This document shows positions 18,333 through 27,669 of a stretch of 64,000 nucleotides of DNA, one piece after another; the stretch's first letter is position 1; the number at the start of each line of letters is the position of its first letter. Location: the NCBI GenBank assembly GCA_026396575.1, contig JAPLWM010000007.1, positions 76,760-140,759 on the forward strand. Reading direction: 5' to 3'. The position numbers were made by a program, and so were the translations under genes. The notes beneath the pieces were generated by a model. That model was not told where the DNA came from, searched no databases, and saw only the letters and a program-made list of their open reading frames with translations. The DNA is from Candidatus Komeilibacteria bacterium. GTDB lineage: Bacteria; Patescibacteriota; Patescibacteriia; UBA1558; UBA10009.

Positions 18333-18725
18333 ATGTTAATTAGAATTGCCAGCGTAACTTTACCCGCCCAGAAACGATTGGAAATCGGCTTAATGGCCAT
18401 TTACGGCATTGGTTTGCCCAGGGCCCATAAAATTCTCAAGGAATTAAAAATGGACGGCGATGTGCGCATTAAGGATTTAACCGAAAAAGACGCCAACCGT
18501 TTGCGGGAATATATCGAGAAAACCTATAAAATCGAAGGTGAATTAAAAAGGGAAGTTTTAACCAACATCAAAAGGTTGAAAGAAATCAAATGCTACCGCG
18601 GCACCAGGCACCAAAAAGGTTTGCCGGTAAGAGGCCAGCGCACCAAAACCAATTCCCGCACCGTTAGGGGCAATACCCGCAAAACCATGGGCAGTGGCCG
18701 CAAACCGACGGCGCAAAAAACTTAA
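18333..18725 (+). CDS. rpsM: Ribosomal protein S13
   Basis: IYGIGLPRAHKIL and a C-terminal RGQRTKTNSRT region. Confidence 0.9.
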   Translation: MLIRIASVTLPAQKRLEIGLMAIYGIGLPRAHKILKELKMDGDVRIKDLTEKDANRLREYIEKTYKIEGELKREVLTNIKRLKEIKCYRGTRHQKGLPVRGQRTKTNSRTVRGNTRKTMGSGRKPTAQKT

Positions 18726-18768
18726 CCAATGAATCAAAAAATCAAGAAATCAATTAATCAAGAAATAC

Positions 18769-19170
18769 ATGGCAGAAGATAAATCAGCAGTAAAAAGAAT
18801 CAAGAAAAAGAAAATCAAGCGCACACTTAAGCGTGGCCAGGCCCATGTTCAGGCCAGTTATAATAATACCATTGTGACCATTACCGATTCTAACGGCAAC
18901 GCCATTGCGGCCGCTTCTGCCGGCCAGTGCGGTTTTAAAGGCCCTAAAAAAGCCACTCCTTACGCTGCCGGCGTGGTGGTTAAGAATTTAATGGAAAAAT
19001 TGCGCGAAACCGGTTTGGAACAGGTTGATGTTTTTATCAAGGGCGTGGGTTCGGGCAGGGAAGGCGCCATCAGGGCGCTGCATGCCAACGGCTTGGAAGT
19101 TATGTCCATTAAGGATATGACTCCCATTCCCCACAACGGCTGCCGTCCGCCTAAAGTAAGGAGAGTTTAA
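18769..19170 (+). CDS. rpsK: Ribosomal protein S11
   Basis: [45 protein letters not shown]. Confidence 0.9.
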   Translation: MAEDKSAVKRIKKKKIKRTLKRGQAHVQASYNNTIVTITDSNGNAIAAASAGQCGFKGPKKATPYAAGVVVKNLMEKLRETGLEQVDVFIKGVGSGREGAIRALHANGLEVMSIKDMTPIPHNGCRPPKVRRV

Positions 19171-19191
19171 GTTAAATTTTGATTTCAACAT

Positions 19192-19827
19192 ATGGGAAGA
19201 AATTTAGATCCAAAATGCAAGCAGGAACGCCGGGAAGGCATGAAGCTTTTTTTGAAAGGCGAAAAAAGCATGTCGCCCAAGAATCCGTTGATTAAGCGCC
19301 CTTATCCGCCGGGCATGCACGGTCCGGCCGGCATGAAAGGCAAAAGAATGTCCGGTTATGGCACCCGTTTGCGCGAAAAGCAGCGCGCCAAGAAAATTTA
19401 CCGCTTAATGGAAAAAGATTTCCATAAATATTATGTTTTAGCCGGCAAGGCGCAGGGCGATACTTCGGAAAATTTGTTAAGATTTTTGGAACTTAGATTG
19501 GATAATGTTATTTACCGCTTGGGTTTGGCCGATAGCCGCGATAGCGCCAGGCAGCTGGTTAACCACGGTCAATTTTTGGTTAACAATAAAAGAGTCACAA
19601 TTCCCAGCTACCAGGTTAAAAGCGGCGATCTTATTACTTTAAAAAAATCAGTGGTAGCCAAGCCCTACTGGGTGGCCCGTTCGGAAAAACTGGCCAAGGT
19701 GGAAACACCGGGCTGGCTGGCTTTAAACGCTGCCGCCGTGGAAGGCAAGGTTATCAGCTTGCCATCAAAACAGGAACTGGTGGCGCCGTTTGACCCAACC
19801 TTGATTATTGAGTTTTATTCTCGTTAA
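19192..19827 (+). CDS. rpsD: Ribosomal protein S4
   Basis: N-terminal Cys/Lys-rich region and an S4 RNA-binding domain (LRLDNVIYRLGLADSR). Confidence 0.9.
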   Translation: MGRNLDPKCKQERREGMKLFLKGEKSMSPKNPLIKRPYPPGMHGPAGMKGKRMSGYGTRLREKQRAKKIYRLMEKDFHKYYVLAGKAQGDTSENLLRFLELRLDNVIYRLGLADSRDSARQLVNHGQFLVNNKRVTIPSYQVKSGDLITLKKSVVAKPYWVARSEKLAKVETPGWLALNAAAVEGKVISLPSKQELVAPFDPTLIIEFYSR

Positions 19828-19855
19828 TTTTTAATTTTTTAAACAGGAGGATGTT

Positions 19856-20710
19856 ATGAGCATTGCTTTACCAACAACTTTCAACCTTAAGGAAGCCAAA
19901 GATAATCGGGCCACGGTAATTATCGAGCCCTGCTATCCGGGTTACGGCGTAACCTTGGGTAACGCCCTCCGCCGGGTTTTGCTTTCTTCCATTAACGGCG
20001 CGGCCATTGTGGCTTTTAAGGTTAAAGGCACCCAGCACGAATTTTCGGCCTTGCCCCATATTAAAGAGGACGTGGTGGAAATAATGCTTAATCTTAAAAA
20101 ACTCCGCTTAAAGGTATTTTCCAATGAGCCGATTATTTTGAACTTAAACGTTAAAGGTGAAAAGGTGGTTATTGCCGGCGATATTCAAAAAAACGCCCAG
20201 GTGGAAATTGCCAACCCCAATGCCGTGATTGCCACTTTAACCGATAAAAATGCCGTTTTGGAAATGGAATTAATCGCGCAAGCGGGCATGGGTTACGTAA
20301 CGGTGGAAGAGCGGGCCAAAGAAAAAGTGGATTTAGGCACCATTATGATTGATGCCCTGTATTCGCCGGTGGTTAAAGTTGGTTTTGAAATTGAAAACGT
20401 CCGCGTGGGCCAGCGCACCGATTTTGACCGCCTAATTTTAAAAATAGAAACCGACGGCACTATTTCTCCATCCGTTGCCATTGCCCAAGCCGCCGAAATT
20501 TTAAACAGCCATTTTCAGTTTATTTTAAACGCCGGACAAGGCGAAGCGGGAGTTGCTCCCAAGGCTGGAGCAGCGGAAGAAGTTTCCGTTGTTGAACCGA
20601 AAGCTTCCAAAAAGAAAGAAAAAGAAACGGCCGACTCATCCTCCAAAGCTTTAGCGAAGGAGGAAGAAAAACCCAAAGCGGTTAAGCGCGGCCGGCCCAA
20701 AAAAAGTTAA
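19856..20710 (+). CDS. rpoA: RNA polymerase alpha subunit: N-terminal domain only, with a lysine-rich tail ending KRGRPKK
   Basis: An AGGAGG Shine-Dalgarno lies upstream. The alpha-NTD motifs GNALRRVLLSSINGAAI are present. The protein is 284 aa, too short to hold an alpha-CTD. Confidence 0.9.
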   Translation: MSIALPTTFNLKEAKDNRATVIIEPCYPGYGVTLGNALRRVLLSSINGAAIVAFKVKGTQHEFSALPHIKEDVVEIMLNLKKLRLKVFSNEPIILNLNVKGEKVVIAGDIQKNAQVEIANPNAVIATLTDKNAVLEMELIAQAGMGYVTVEERAKEKVDLGTIMIDALYSPVVKVGFEIENVRVGQRTDFDRLILKIETDGTISPSVAIAQAAEILNSHFQFILNAGQGEAGVAPKAGAAEEVSVVEPKASKKKEKETADSSSKALAKEEEKPKAVKRGRPKKS

Positions 20711-20722
20711 TTTTTCATAATT

Positions 20723-21073
20723 ATGAGGCATAGAAAGAAAAAAGTTACCCTAGACAGGAAAAAGGCGCCGCGCAAGGCCCTGCTTGGCAATTTAATCTGC
20801 CAGGTGGTTTTGTATGAAAAAATCAAAACCACCGAGGCCAAAGCCAAGGCCGTTAAGCCCATGGTGGAAAGATTAATTACCCGCGGCAAAGTTAACACTT
20901 TAGCCAATCGCCGGGTGGTTATGTCCAGGCTGCCAATTAAAAGCGCGGCCAAGAAAATTTTTGAAGTTTTATCGCCCCGCTATTTGGAAAGGCCGGGCGG
21001 TTATTTGCGGATTATCAAATTAGGCGCTCGGCAAGGCGACGGAGCTAAAATAGTTTTATTGGAATTTGTTTAA
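20723..21073 (+). CDS. rplQ: Ribosomal protein L17
   Basis: MRHRKKKVTLDRKKAPRKALLGNL, an L17 N-terminus. Confidence 0.9.
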   Translation: MRHRKKKVTLDRKKAPRKALLGNLICQVVLYEKIKTTEAKAKAVKPMVERLITRGKVNTLANRRVVMSRLPIKSAAKKIFEVLSPRYLERPGGYLRIIKLGARQGDGAKIVLLEFV

Positions 21074-21437
21074 ATTTATGAATTCAGCAATCATCAGAGA
21101 AAAACATATCTTAGACGCTGCCGGCAAAGTGCCGGGCCGTTTTGCCACCGAAGTTGCCATTTTACTGATGGGCAAACACAAGGTCAGCTACCGGCCGCAT
21201 ATTGATGCCGGCGATTTTGTGGAAGTAAACAATATTTCCCAGCTTAAGTTTACCGGCAAAAAACTGATTCAGGATGTGCGCTATACCCATTCCATGTACC
21301 GGGGCGGCTTAAAAATCGCGCCTTTAGCCAAGTTGTTCAAAGAAACTCCGGACAAGCTTTTTAAAAAAATGGTCAGCAAAATGCTGCCCAAAAATAAATT
21401 AAGAAAAGAAATGATTAAGCGTTTGACTATTAAATAA
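21066..21437 (+). CDS. rplM: Ribosomal protein L13 (start may be the ATG at 21078)
   Basis: The motifs resemble ribosomal protein L13, and the gene precedes rpsI as in the conserved rplM-rpsI pair. Confidence 0.85.
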   Translation: MFKFMNSAIIREKHILDAAGKVPGRFATEVAILLMGKHKVSYRPHIDAGDFVEVNNISQLKFTGKKLIQDVRYTHSMYRGGLKIAPLAKLFKETPDKLFKKMVSKMLPKNKLRKEMIKRLTIK

Positions 21438-21441
21438 TCCT

Positions 21442-22011
21442 ATGCCCAGAACCACTACCACTCATCCTGCCCCAGCCCATAAAGCCGCTCCTCATAAAGC
21501 TCCGGTTAAGGCCAAAGCGCCGGTAAAAGCTCCGGTTGTTGTTAAAGAGCCCAAAACCGAACCAACAGCGGAAATTAAACCGGAAATTAAAATTAAACCG
21601 GCCTTGGGACACGCCAAGCTGACTTATTTATTTGCCGCCGGCAAGCGCAAAACGGCTGTGGCCAGAACCCGCCTTAATTTTAAAAGCGAAAAAACCGGCA
21701 TAGAAATCAACGGCAAAACCTATCAGGAATATTTTCCTTACTTTGAATCACAGCAATTGGTGGAACAGCCGTTGAAAAAATTGAATTTACTGGGCAAATA
21801 TTTTATTTCCATCAAGGTGGCCGGCGGCGGCAAGCATTCCCAAGCCGAAGCCGTGCGCCACGGCATTTCCAGAGTGCTGTTAAAGCTTGATGAAACTTTT
21901 AGGAAAACTTTAAGAGGCGAAGGCCTGTTAACCAGGGATTCCCGCAAAAAAGAGCGCAAGAAGCCGGGTTTAAAACGAGCCAGGCGCGCGCCGCAATGGC
22001 AGAAGCGTTAA
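21442..22011 (+). CDS. rpsI: Ribosomal protein S9 with an Ala/Pro/Lys-rich N-terminal extension of about 60 aa
   Basis: The C-terminus ends GGGKHSQAEAVRHGISRVL...RKKERKKPGLKRARRAPQWQKR. Confidence 0.85.
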   Translation: MPRTTTTHPAPAHKAAPHKAPVKAKAPVKAPVVVKEPKTEPTAEIKPEIKIKPALGHAKLTYLFAAGKRKTAVARTRLNFKSEKTGIEINGKTYQEYFPYFESQQLVEQPLKKLNLLGKYFISIKVAGGGKHSQAEAVRHGISRVLLKLDETFRKTLRGEGLLTRDSRKKERKKPGLKRARRAPQWQKR

Positions 22012-22032
22012 AATATTATTTTACGCATATCA

Positions 22033-22064
22033 ATGTAGGGGCACAAAATTTTGTGCCCCTACAT
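22033..22064. terminator. Perfect 32-bp palindrome between convergent rpsI and dus genes. It has the same 14-bp arms as the element at 11943-11974
   Basis: atgtaggggcacaa aatt ttgtgcccctacat, flanked by T-rich sequence on both strands. Confidence 0.55.
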
Positions 22065-22098
22065 TTAATTTACCATAATTTTTTTAAACGGCGCGCGC

Positions 22099-23070
22099 CT
22101 AACCTTCTATCTCCATGAACGCTTTTTTAATTTCAGCCAGATTATTCAACCTGACCAATTTTTCCCTGTAATCAGTGGCATTGGGTAGGCCCTTAACGTA
22201 CCACAACAGCTGTTTGCGCAGTTCAATTAAACCGTGTTCGCCTTTTATTTCAAAAGCCAGCTGGGCGTGTTCCAGCGCGATTTTTCGCCTTTGCGGCCAG
22301 CTTAAATCTTTATATTTGCCAGTTTTTAAGTATTCTTTGATTTGCTTGAAAATCCACGGGCAGCCGTAAACGCCGTGGCCGATGCCCAAGCCGTCGGCAT
22401 TGGTTAATTCCAAAACTTCCTTGGCTTTTTCCGAAGAATTAATTCCGCCATTGGCCAGCAGGATGCCTTTAAAATGGTTTCTCATGCTTTTAATATATTC
22501 GTAATCCACTTCTTCCACCCAGGGCGCTTCAAAAGATCGCCCGTGCACCATAACGGCGCTAACGGGCAGATCTTTAATTTTATCCAGCAGTTCCCAGCTG
22601 TAATGCACCTTGGCTTTATCGCTGGATTTGATTTGCGTTCTGGTTTTAAGCGAAACGGGCAAACCGCCAGCGCCTTCTATAACGGCCTGGACGATTTGAT
22701 AGGATTTTTCCAAATCCCTAAGCAAGGCTGCGCCGCTGCCGTGACCAGCCACTTTTTTTGCCGGACAGCCGAAATTAATGTCTAGGCCATCAGGCTGAAT
22801 TTCTTCAGCCCCTACTTTGGCCGCTTTGTAAAAAAGTTCAGGATCATTGCCGCCTAATTGCAAAACCACCGGCCGTTCTTGATCCGATATTTTTGCCAGG
22901 TCCATAACTTGTTTGCCTTTGCGTGACAGGGCCTGGACCATGATCATTTCGGTATAAACCACGTCCGCGCCCAGGTTATGGCAAATGGTTCTAAACGGCA
23001 AATCCGTTACCCCGCACATCGGGGCCAGGGCCAGAATAGGTTTTTTAAGTTTTAGCCAAAAGTTTTCCAT
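22099..23070 (-). CDS. dusB: tRNA-dihydrouridine synthase (DusB-like)
   Basis: LAPMCGVTDLPFRTICHNLGADVVYTEMI, an FMN-binding TIM-barrel Dus signature. Confidence 0.85.
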   Translation of the reverse strand: MENFWLKLKKPILALAPMCGVTDLPFRTICHNLGADVVYTEMIMVQALSRKGKQVMDLAKISDQERPVVLQLGGNDPELFYKAAKVGAEEIQPDGLDINFGCPAKKVAGHGSGAALLRDLEKSYQIVQAVIEGAGGLPVSLKTRTQIKSSDKAKVHYSWELLDKIKDLPVSAVMVHGRSFEAPWVEEVDYEYIKSMRNHFKGILLANGGINSSEKAKEVLELTNADGLGIGHGVYGCPWIFKQIKEYLKTGKYKDLSWPQRRKIALEHAQLAFEIKGEHGLIELRKQLLWYVKGLPNATDYREKLVRLNNLAEIKKAFMEIEG

Positions 23071-23112
23071 ATTTTGGTATTATCCCTGATTCTGGGGAAA
23101 AATTCAAGAACT

Positions 23113-23141
23113 TTGCCAAAAATCCCTTATTTTGTTATAAT
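23113..23141 (+). promoter_or_regulatory. Putative promoter of the glycan cluster: TTGCCA, 17-nt spacer, TATAAT
   Basis: -35 at 23113-23118 and a perfect -10 at 23136-23141, 14 nt before the ATG at 23155. Confidence 0.4.
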
Positions 23142-23154
23142 TATTGCGATTTTT

Positions 23155-24597
23155 ATGGAATATCAGCAAGCAAAAATCGCACGTAATACGAGCTATTTTA
23201 CCAGCGCTTTGGTTATCCAAAAGCTCATTTCTTTTATTTATTTTTCGTATATTGCTGTTAAAATCGGGGCTAACAGTTTGGGCAGTTATACCTTTGCCCT
23301 GTATTTCACCACCATCTTTGCGGTTTTAATCGATATCGGCTTATCCAATGTTTTGGTCAGAGAAGTGGCCAAGTTCAGGGAAAAGAGCCAGCAGTATTTA
23401 TCGGCGGTTATGTCGGTTAAAGTGCCGTTGGCAATTTTAGTCTACGCGGCGGCCGCCCTTACCATTAATTTTTTAAATAATCCCACTTTGGTTAAGCAAT
23501 TGGTTTATTTATCGGGCGTTATCATGGTGCTGGATTCTTTTACCTTAACTTTTTATGCCTTTCTGCGGGGGCATCAGAATTTAAAGTTCGAGTCCATCGG
23601 CACTATTATTTTTCAGCTGATTGTTTTTATTTCCGGCATCATTATCGTTAATTTAACGCATGATTTGCGGGTTTTAATTCTGGCCATACTGCTCGCCAGC
23701 TTTTTCAATTTCAGCTATTCGGCAATTTTATTAAAGGTTAAATTGGGTTTAAAATTCTTAGCCAAAGTTGATAAAAGCATTGTTAAAGCGTTGCTGCTTT
23801 TTACCATTCCTTTTGCCTTAGCCGCCATTTTTACCAGGGTTTACGGCTATATTGATACGGTTTTATTAAATCAGCTGATCGGCGCCAGCGCGGTTGGCTA
23901 TTACAGCATTCCTTATAAAATAACTTTTTCTTTTCAGTTTATTCCCATGGCCCTGGTAGCTTCGCTGTATCCGGCGTTTTCTTCCTACTTCGTGCAAAGC
24001 AAGGAATTGCTGGAAAAAACTTTTGCCAAAGCCATGGTTTTTTTAGGCATCATTGCCGTACCTATCAGCTTAGGAGTAATCGCTTTGGCCAGGCCGCTGA
24101 TGATCAGGATTTATACCAGCCAGTACGAGCCTTCCATCTTGCCGTTGCAGATTTTAATCGTTACTTTGGTTTTTTTGTTTTTAAACTTTCCTTTGGGTTC
24201 GCTCTTAAACGCCTGCAATCGCCAAACCCGCAACACCGTCCATATCGGCATTGTCATGGTGGTTAATATTATTTTGAATTTTCTGTTGATTCCGCGCTTC
24301 AGCTATATCGGCGCGGCCATTGCTTCCAGCTTAAGCACTCTTTTAATGTTCGGTTTGCAGCTGTATGTGGTTAAACAGATTATTCCGGTAAATTTTAAAT
24401 ATTTAGCCGCTCGCTTTGGCGCTATTTTTATTTCCAGTTTAGCAATGTATTTTATTTTGATTTGGCTGCTAGCTTTCCTTAATTTTATAGTTTTAGTGCC
24501 AATCGGCGCTGTTATTTATTTGGCGGCGTTATATTTATTAAAAGGTTTTAATAAAGAAGATTTAACGATGATTAAGCAGAGTTTTAAACGATCATGA
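23155..24597 (+). CDS. Polysaccharide flippase (Wzx/MOP superfamily)
   Basis: Polytopic membrane protein of the polysaccharide-biosynthesis/MOP transporter type. Start placed at ATG 23155, downstream of the predicted promoter. Confidence 0.7.
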   Translation: MEYQQAKIARNTSYFTSALVIQKLISFIYFSYIAVKIGANSLGSYTFALYFTTIFAVLIDIGLSNVLVREVAKFREKSQQYLSAVMSVKVPLAILVYAAAALTINFLNNPTLVKQLVYLSGVIMVLDSFTLTFYAFLRGHQNLKFESIGTIIFQLIVFISGIIIVNLTHDLRVLILAILLASFFNFSYSAILLKVKLGLKFLAKVDKSIVKALLLFTIPFALAAIFTRVYGYIDTVLLNQLIGASAVGYYSIPYKITFSFQFIPMALVASLYPAFSSYFVQSKELLEKTFAKAMVFLGIIAVPISLGVIALARPLMIRIYTSQYEPSILPLQILIVTLVFLFLNFPLGSLLNACNRQTRNTVHIGIVMVVNIILNFLLIPRFSYIGAAIASSLSTLLMFGLQLYVVKQIIPVNFKYLAARFGAIFISSLAMYFILIWLLAFLNFIVLVPIGAVIYLAALYLLKGFNKEDLTMIKQSFKRS

Positions 24598-25691
24598 AGA
24601 TTTTACTGGTAACTATGGAATATCCGCCGTTTAAGGGCGGCGTGGGCAATTATTATTTTAATTTGGTTAAAAATCTAACCGGGCACCAGGTTAAGGTTTT
24701 TCAAGCCGGACCCGCCTCTTTTTACAAATTTTTCTGGCCAAAGTGGCTAAAATTGTATTTTGAAATTAAAAAAAATGTAAAAAAAGATAAGCCGGATTTA
24801 ATCTGGGTCGGCCAAGTGTTGCCGGTGGGCGAAGCCGCTTACTTGATTAAGAAATTTTACAACATCCATTATTTTGCTTCCACCCATGGTTTGGATATCA
24901 TGCTGCCGCAACAGCAGTTAAGAAAGGAAAAAGCTATGAGGCAGGTTTTGGACAATGCCGAGTTTATTACCGCCAACAGCAATTTTACCAAAAAAGAGCT
25001 GTTAAATTTGGGTTATGCCGAAGATAAAGTGGAAGTGGTTTATCCCTGTTCTAATATTTTAATGAATCGAGAAATCAATGAAGCAAAAAAACAAATTATC
25101 AGAAATAAATTAAATTTAAATAATAAAAAGGTTTTATTAACGGTAGGGCGATTGGTGGAACGAAAAGGGCAGGGGACGGTTATTGGGACCCTGCCAAAAT
25201 TGTTGGAAAAATTTCCTGATTTGGTTTATGTTATGGTCGGTGACGGTCCGGACAACGCAAAGCTTAAAGCTCTTGTTTTCAAATTGGGCTTGGCGGATAA
25301 AGTATTTTTCTTGGAAAATATCTCCAACGAAGAGCTCCCCGCTTATTACCAAGTTGCCGATTTATTCGTGATGCCCGCTAAAAATCTGGCTGGCGACGTT
25401 GAGGGCTTTGGCATTGTTTATCTGGAAGCCGCCGCTTGCGGCTTGCCCGCCGTGGCCGGCAAAAGCGGCGGAGTTATGGAAGCGGTGGTAGACGGCCAAA
25501 CCGGTTTATTGGTTGATCCGGATAATCAGGAGGAATTGGCGGAAAAAATCAGCGAGTTATTGATTAACCGAGAGTTATATAAAAAATTGGCCAACAATGC
25601 CCGCAGCCGAGTTGAACGGGATTTTATTTGGGCCAAGCAAGCCGATAAATTAATTTCCAAGTTAAACTTATGGCGGAAAACAAAAAAATAA
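24594..25691 (+). CDS. Glycosyltransferase family 4 (GT-B)
   Basis: EAAACGLPAVAGKSGGVMEAVVDGQTGLL, the E-x7-E region. Confidence 0.8.
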   Translation: MKILLVTMEYPPFKGGVGNYYFNLVKNLTGHQVKVFQAGPASFYKFFWPKWLKLYFEIKKNVKKDKPDLIWVGQVLPVGEAAYLIKKFYNIHYFASTHGLDIMLPQQQLRKEKAMRQVLDNAEFITANSNFTKKELLNLGYAEDKVEVVYPCSNILMNREINEAKKQIIRNKLNLNNKKVLLTVGRLVERKGQGTVIGTLPKLLEKFPDLVYVMVGDGPDNAKLKALVFKLGLADKVFFLENISNEELPAYYQVADLFVMPAKNLAGDVEGFGIVYLEAAACGLPAVAGKSGGVMEAVVDGQTGLLVDPDNQEELAEKISELLINRELYKKLANNARSRVERDFIWAKQADKLISKLNLWRKTKK

Positions 25692-26836
25692 AAATCGTCA
25701 TGTTCAATATGTCCAGCTACTGCGAGTGGGAACGGGACGTACAAAACCGCAATTGGCATATTTTAAGGCACCTCTTGCAAACCGAAGAGGTGGAAAAAAT
25801 CATTGCCGTGGATTATCCGCCCCGCACTTTTAAACGGGCGATAAAAACTTTATGGCAGCAGCTTGGCGTTTATCGAGGCAAAACTAAGATTTTTAAATCT
25901 TTGTTTTCCAGCGCCTTTACCATTGATGAAAAATTAGTTGTTTACAGTTCTCTTTGGCCGTATTTCTCCCAAAAAAGGTTTTATCAGCAGCTGAATGAAT
26001 TATTAGCCGAGCTTGATTTTGACGATTATCTGCTTTGGTCTTATTATCCTTTGGAAATCGGTTATTTTAACCGGCTCAAACCGGCTTTAAAAATTTTTGA
26101 TGCCGTGGATAATTGGGCCCTACATCCTTCTTATCGGCGCGTGGCCGCCAAGTTAAAGGACAATTACAAATTAATCGACGAGCAGGCGGATGTTATTTTT
26201 ACCGTGGCCGAAGAGCTGAAAAGCTTGTTTGCCCACCAGGAAAAGGTCCATTTTTTGCCCAACGGCGTGGAGTTAAAGCATTACCAAAAAGAATACAACA
26301 TCATTAACCGCGATATCGGGGATTTGCCCCAGCCGATTATCGGTTATTTGGGAGTGATCCAGGATCGGCTGGATCTGGCTTTATTGGAATATTTGGCCCA
26401 AAACAATCCGGAAAAAACCTTTGTTTTAGCCGGGCCGGTTTGGTATAAATCAATTGAAGCGCGGTTTAAGAAATATGCCAACGTGCATTTTTTGGGCCGT
26501 AAAAGCTACGACGAAGCCCCGATGTATCTGCGGCAGTTTGCCGTAGGCCTGGTGCCGCATAAAATTGACAATTTCATTAAAACCACCAATCCCATGAAAA
26601 TTTATGAATATCTGGCTTGCGGCAAGCCGGTGGTTTCCACCCAAAGTTCGGGCTTGGCCGATTTGGATAAGTTTGTTTATTCAGCCAATAGTTACGAGGA
26701 GTTTAATCAACAATTAAATTTGGCTTTAACCGAAGACAAGCCCAAGCTTAAGGAATTGCGTTTGGCCGCGGTAAGCGAACACAGCTGGCTGAAGCGGATC
26801 AAACAGATGCTGGCTATTGTTTATCAAAAAATCTGA
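25670..26836 (+). CDS. GT4-like glycosyltransferase
   Basis: C-terminal GT-B fold with EYLACGKPVVST. Confidence 0.55.
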   Translation: MAENKKIKIVMFNMSSYCEWERDVQNRNWHILRHLLQTEEVEKIIAVDYPPRTFKRAIKTLWQQLGVYRGKTKIFKSLFSSAFTIDEKLVVYSSLWPYFSQKRFYQQLNELLAELDFDDYLLWSYYPLEIGYFNRLKPALKIFDAVDNWALHPSYRRVAAKLKDNYKLIDEQADVIFTVAEELKSLFAHQEKVHFLPNGVELKHYQKEYNIINRDIGDLPQPIIGYLGVIQDRLDLALLEYLAQNNPEKTFVLAGPVWYKSIEARFKKYANVHFLGRKSYDEAPMYLRQFAVGLVPHKIDNFIKTTNPMKIYEYLACGKPVVSTQSSGLADLDKFVYSANSYEEFNQQLNLALTEDKPKLKELRLAAVSEHSWLKRIKQMLAIVYQKI

Positions 26837-27669
26837 TGGACTTATCAATCATTATCGTTTCCTGGCGGGTTAAGGAATTGCTGGAAGCATGCTTGTTTTC
26901 CATTGTACAACAAAATTTTAATTTCAATTACGAAGTTCTTGTAGTGGATAATAATTCCGGCGACGGTACGGTGGAAATGGTGCGCCATAATTTTCCGCAG
27001 GTTAATTTAATCGCTTCCCAGGTTAATTTGGGCTTTGCCAAAGCCAATAATTTGGCACTGGCGCAAAGCCGCGGTAAATTTTTACTGCTGTTAAATCCGG
27101 ATACTAAACTGATAGACGATTCTTTAAAAGACGCCCTGGAGCTAATGAAGCAAAAACCGGAGATCGGCGTTTTAGGCGCCAAGCTGTTAAATTACAATTT
27201 AACCGTTCAGCCGTCGGTTAGGCGCTTTCCTACATTAGCCGACCATTTGTTAATGCTGTTTAAGCTGCATCATTTATTCCCCTTAAAGCGTTATTTGGCT
27301 TTGGATTTTGATTATGCCAAAACCCAGGCCGTGGATCAGGTGATGGGCGCTTTTTTCCTGTTTTCCCGCTCTTTAATGGAGCAAATCGGCAAGTTGGATG
27401 AAAAGTACTATATTTGGTTTGAAGAGGTGGATTATTGCCGGCGGGCTAAAGCTGCTGGTTTTAAAGTGGTTTATTTTCCCCAAACCAAAATTATCCATTA
27501 TAGCGGAGCCAGTTTTAAGCAGGTTTGGAATTTTAAGCGGCAGCTTATTTTTTCCCGCAGCCGTTTGCGCTATTTAAGAAAACACCAGAGCTTGGTGGCT
27601 TATCTCCTGATTTTATTATTAACCCCCGTCAGTTGGCTGTTATCCTTAATTTTCCATAAAAATGTTTAA
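26836..27669 (+). CDS. Glycosyltransferase family 2
   Basis: LSIIIVSWR...VVDNNSGDGT and a DxD region. Confidence 0.8.
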   Translation: MDLSIIIVSWRVKELLEACLFSIVQQNFNFNYEVLVVDNNSGDGTVEMVRHNFPQVNLIASQVNLGFAKANNLALAQSRGKFLLLLNPDTKLIDDSLKDALELMKQKPEIGVLGAKLLNYNLTVQPSVRRFPTLADHLLMLFKLHHLFPLKRYLALDFDYAKTQAVDQVMGAFFLFSRSLMEQIGKLDEKYYIWFEEVDYCRRAKAAGFKVVYFPQTKIIHYSGASFKQVWNFKRQLIFSRSRLRYLRKHQSLVAYLLILLLTPVSWLLSLIFHKNV

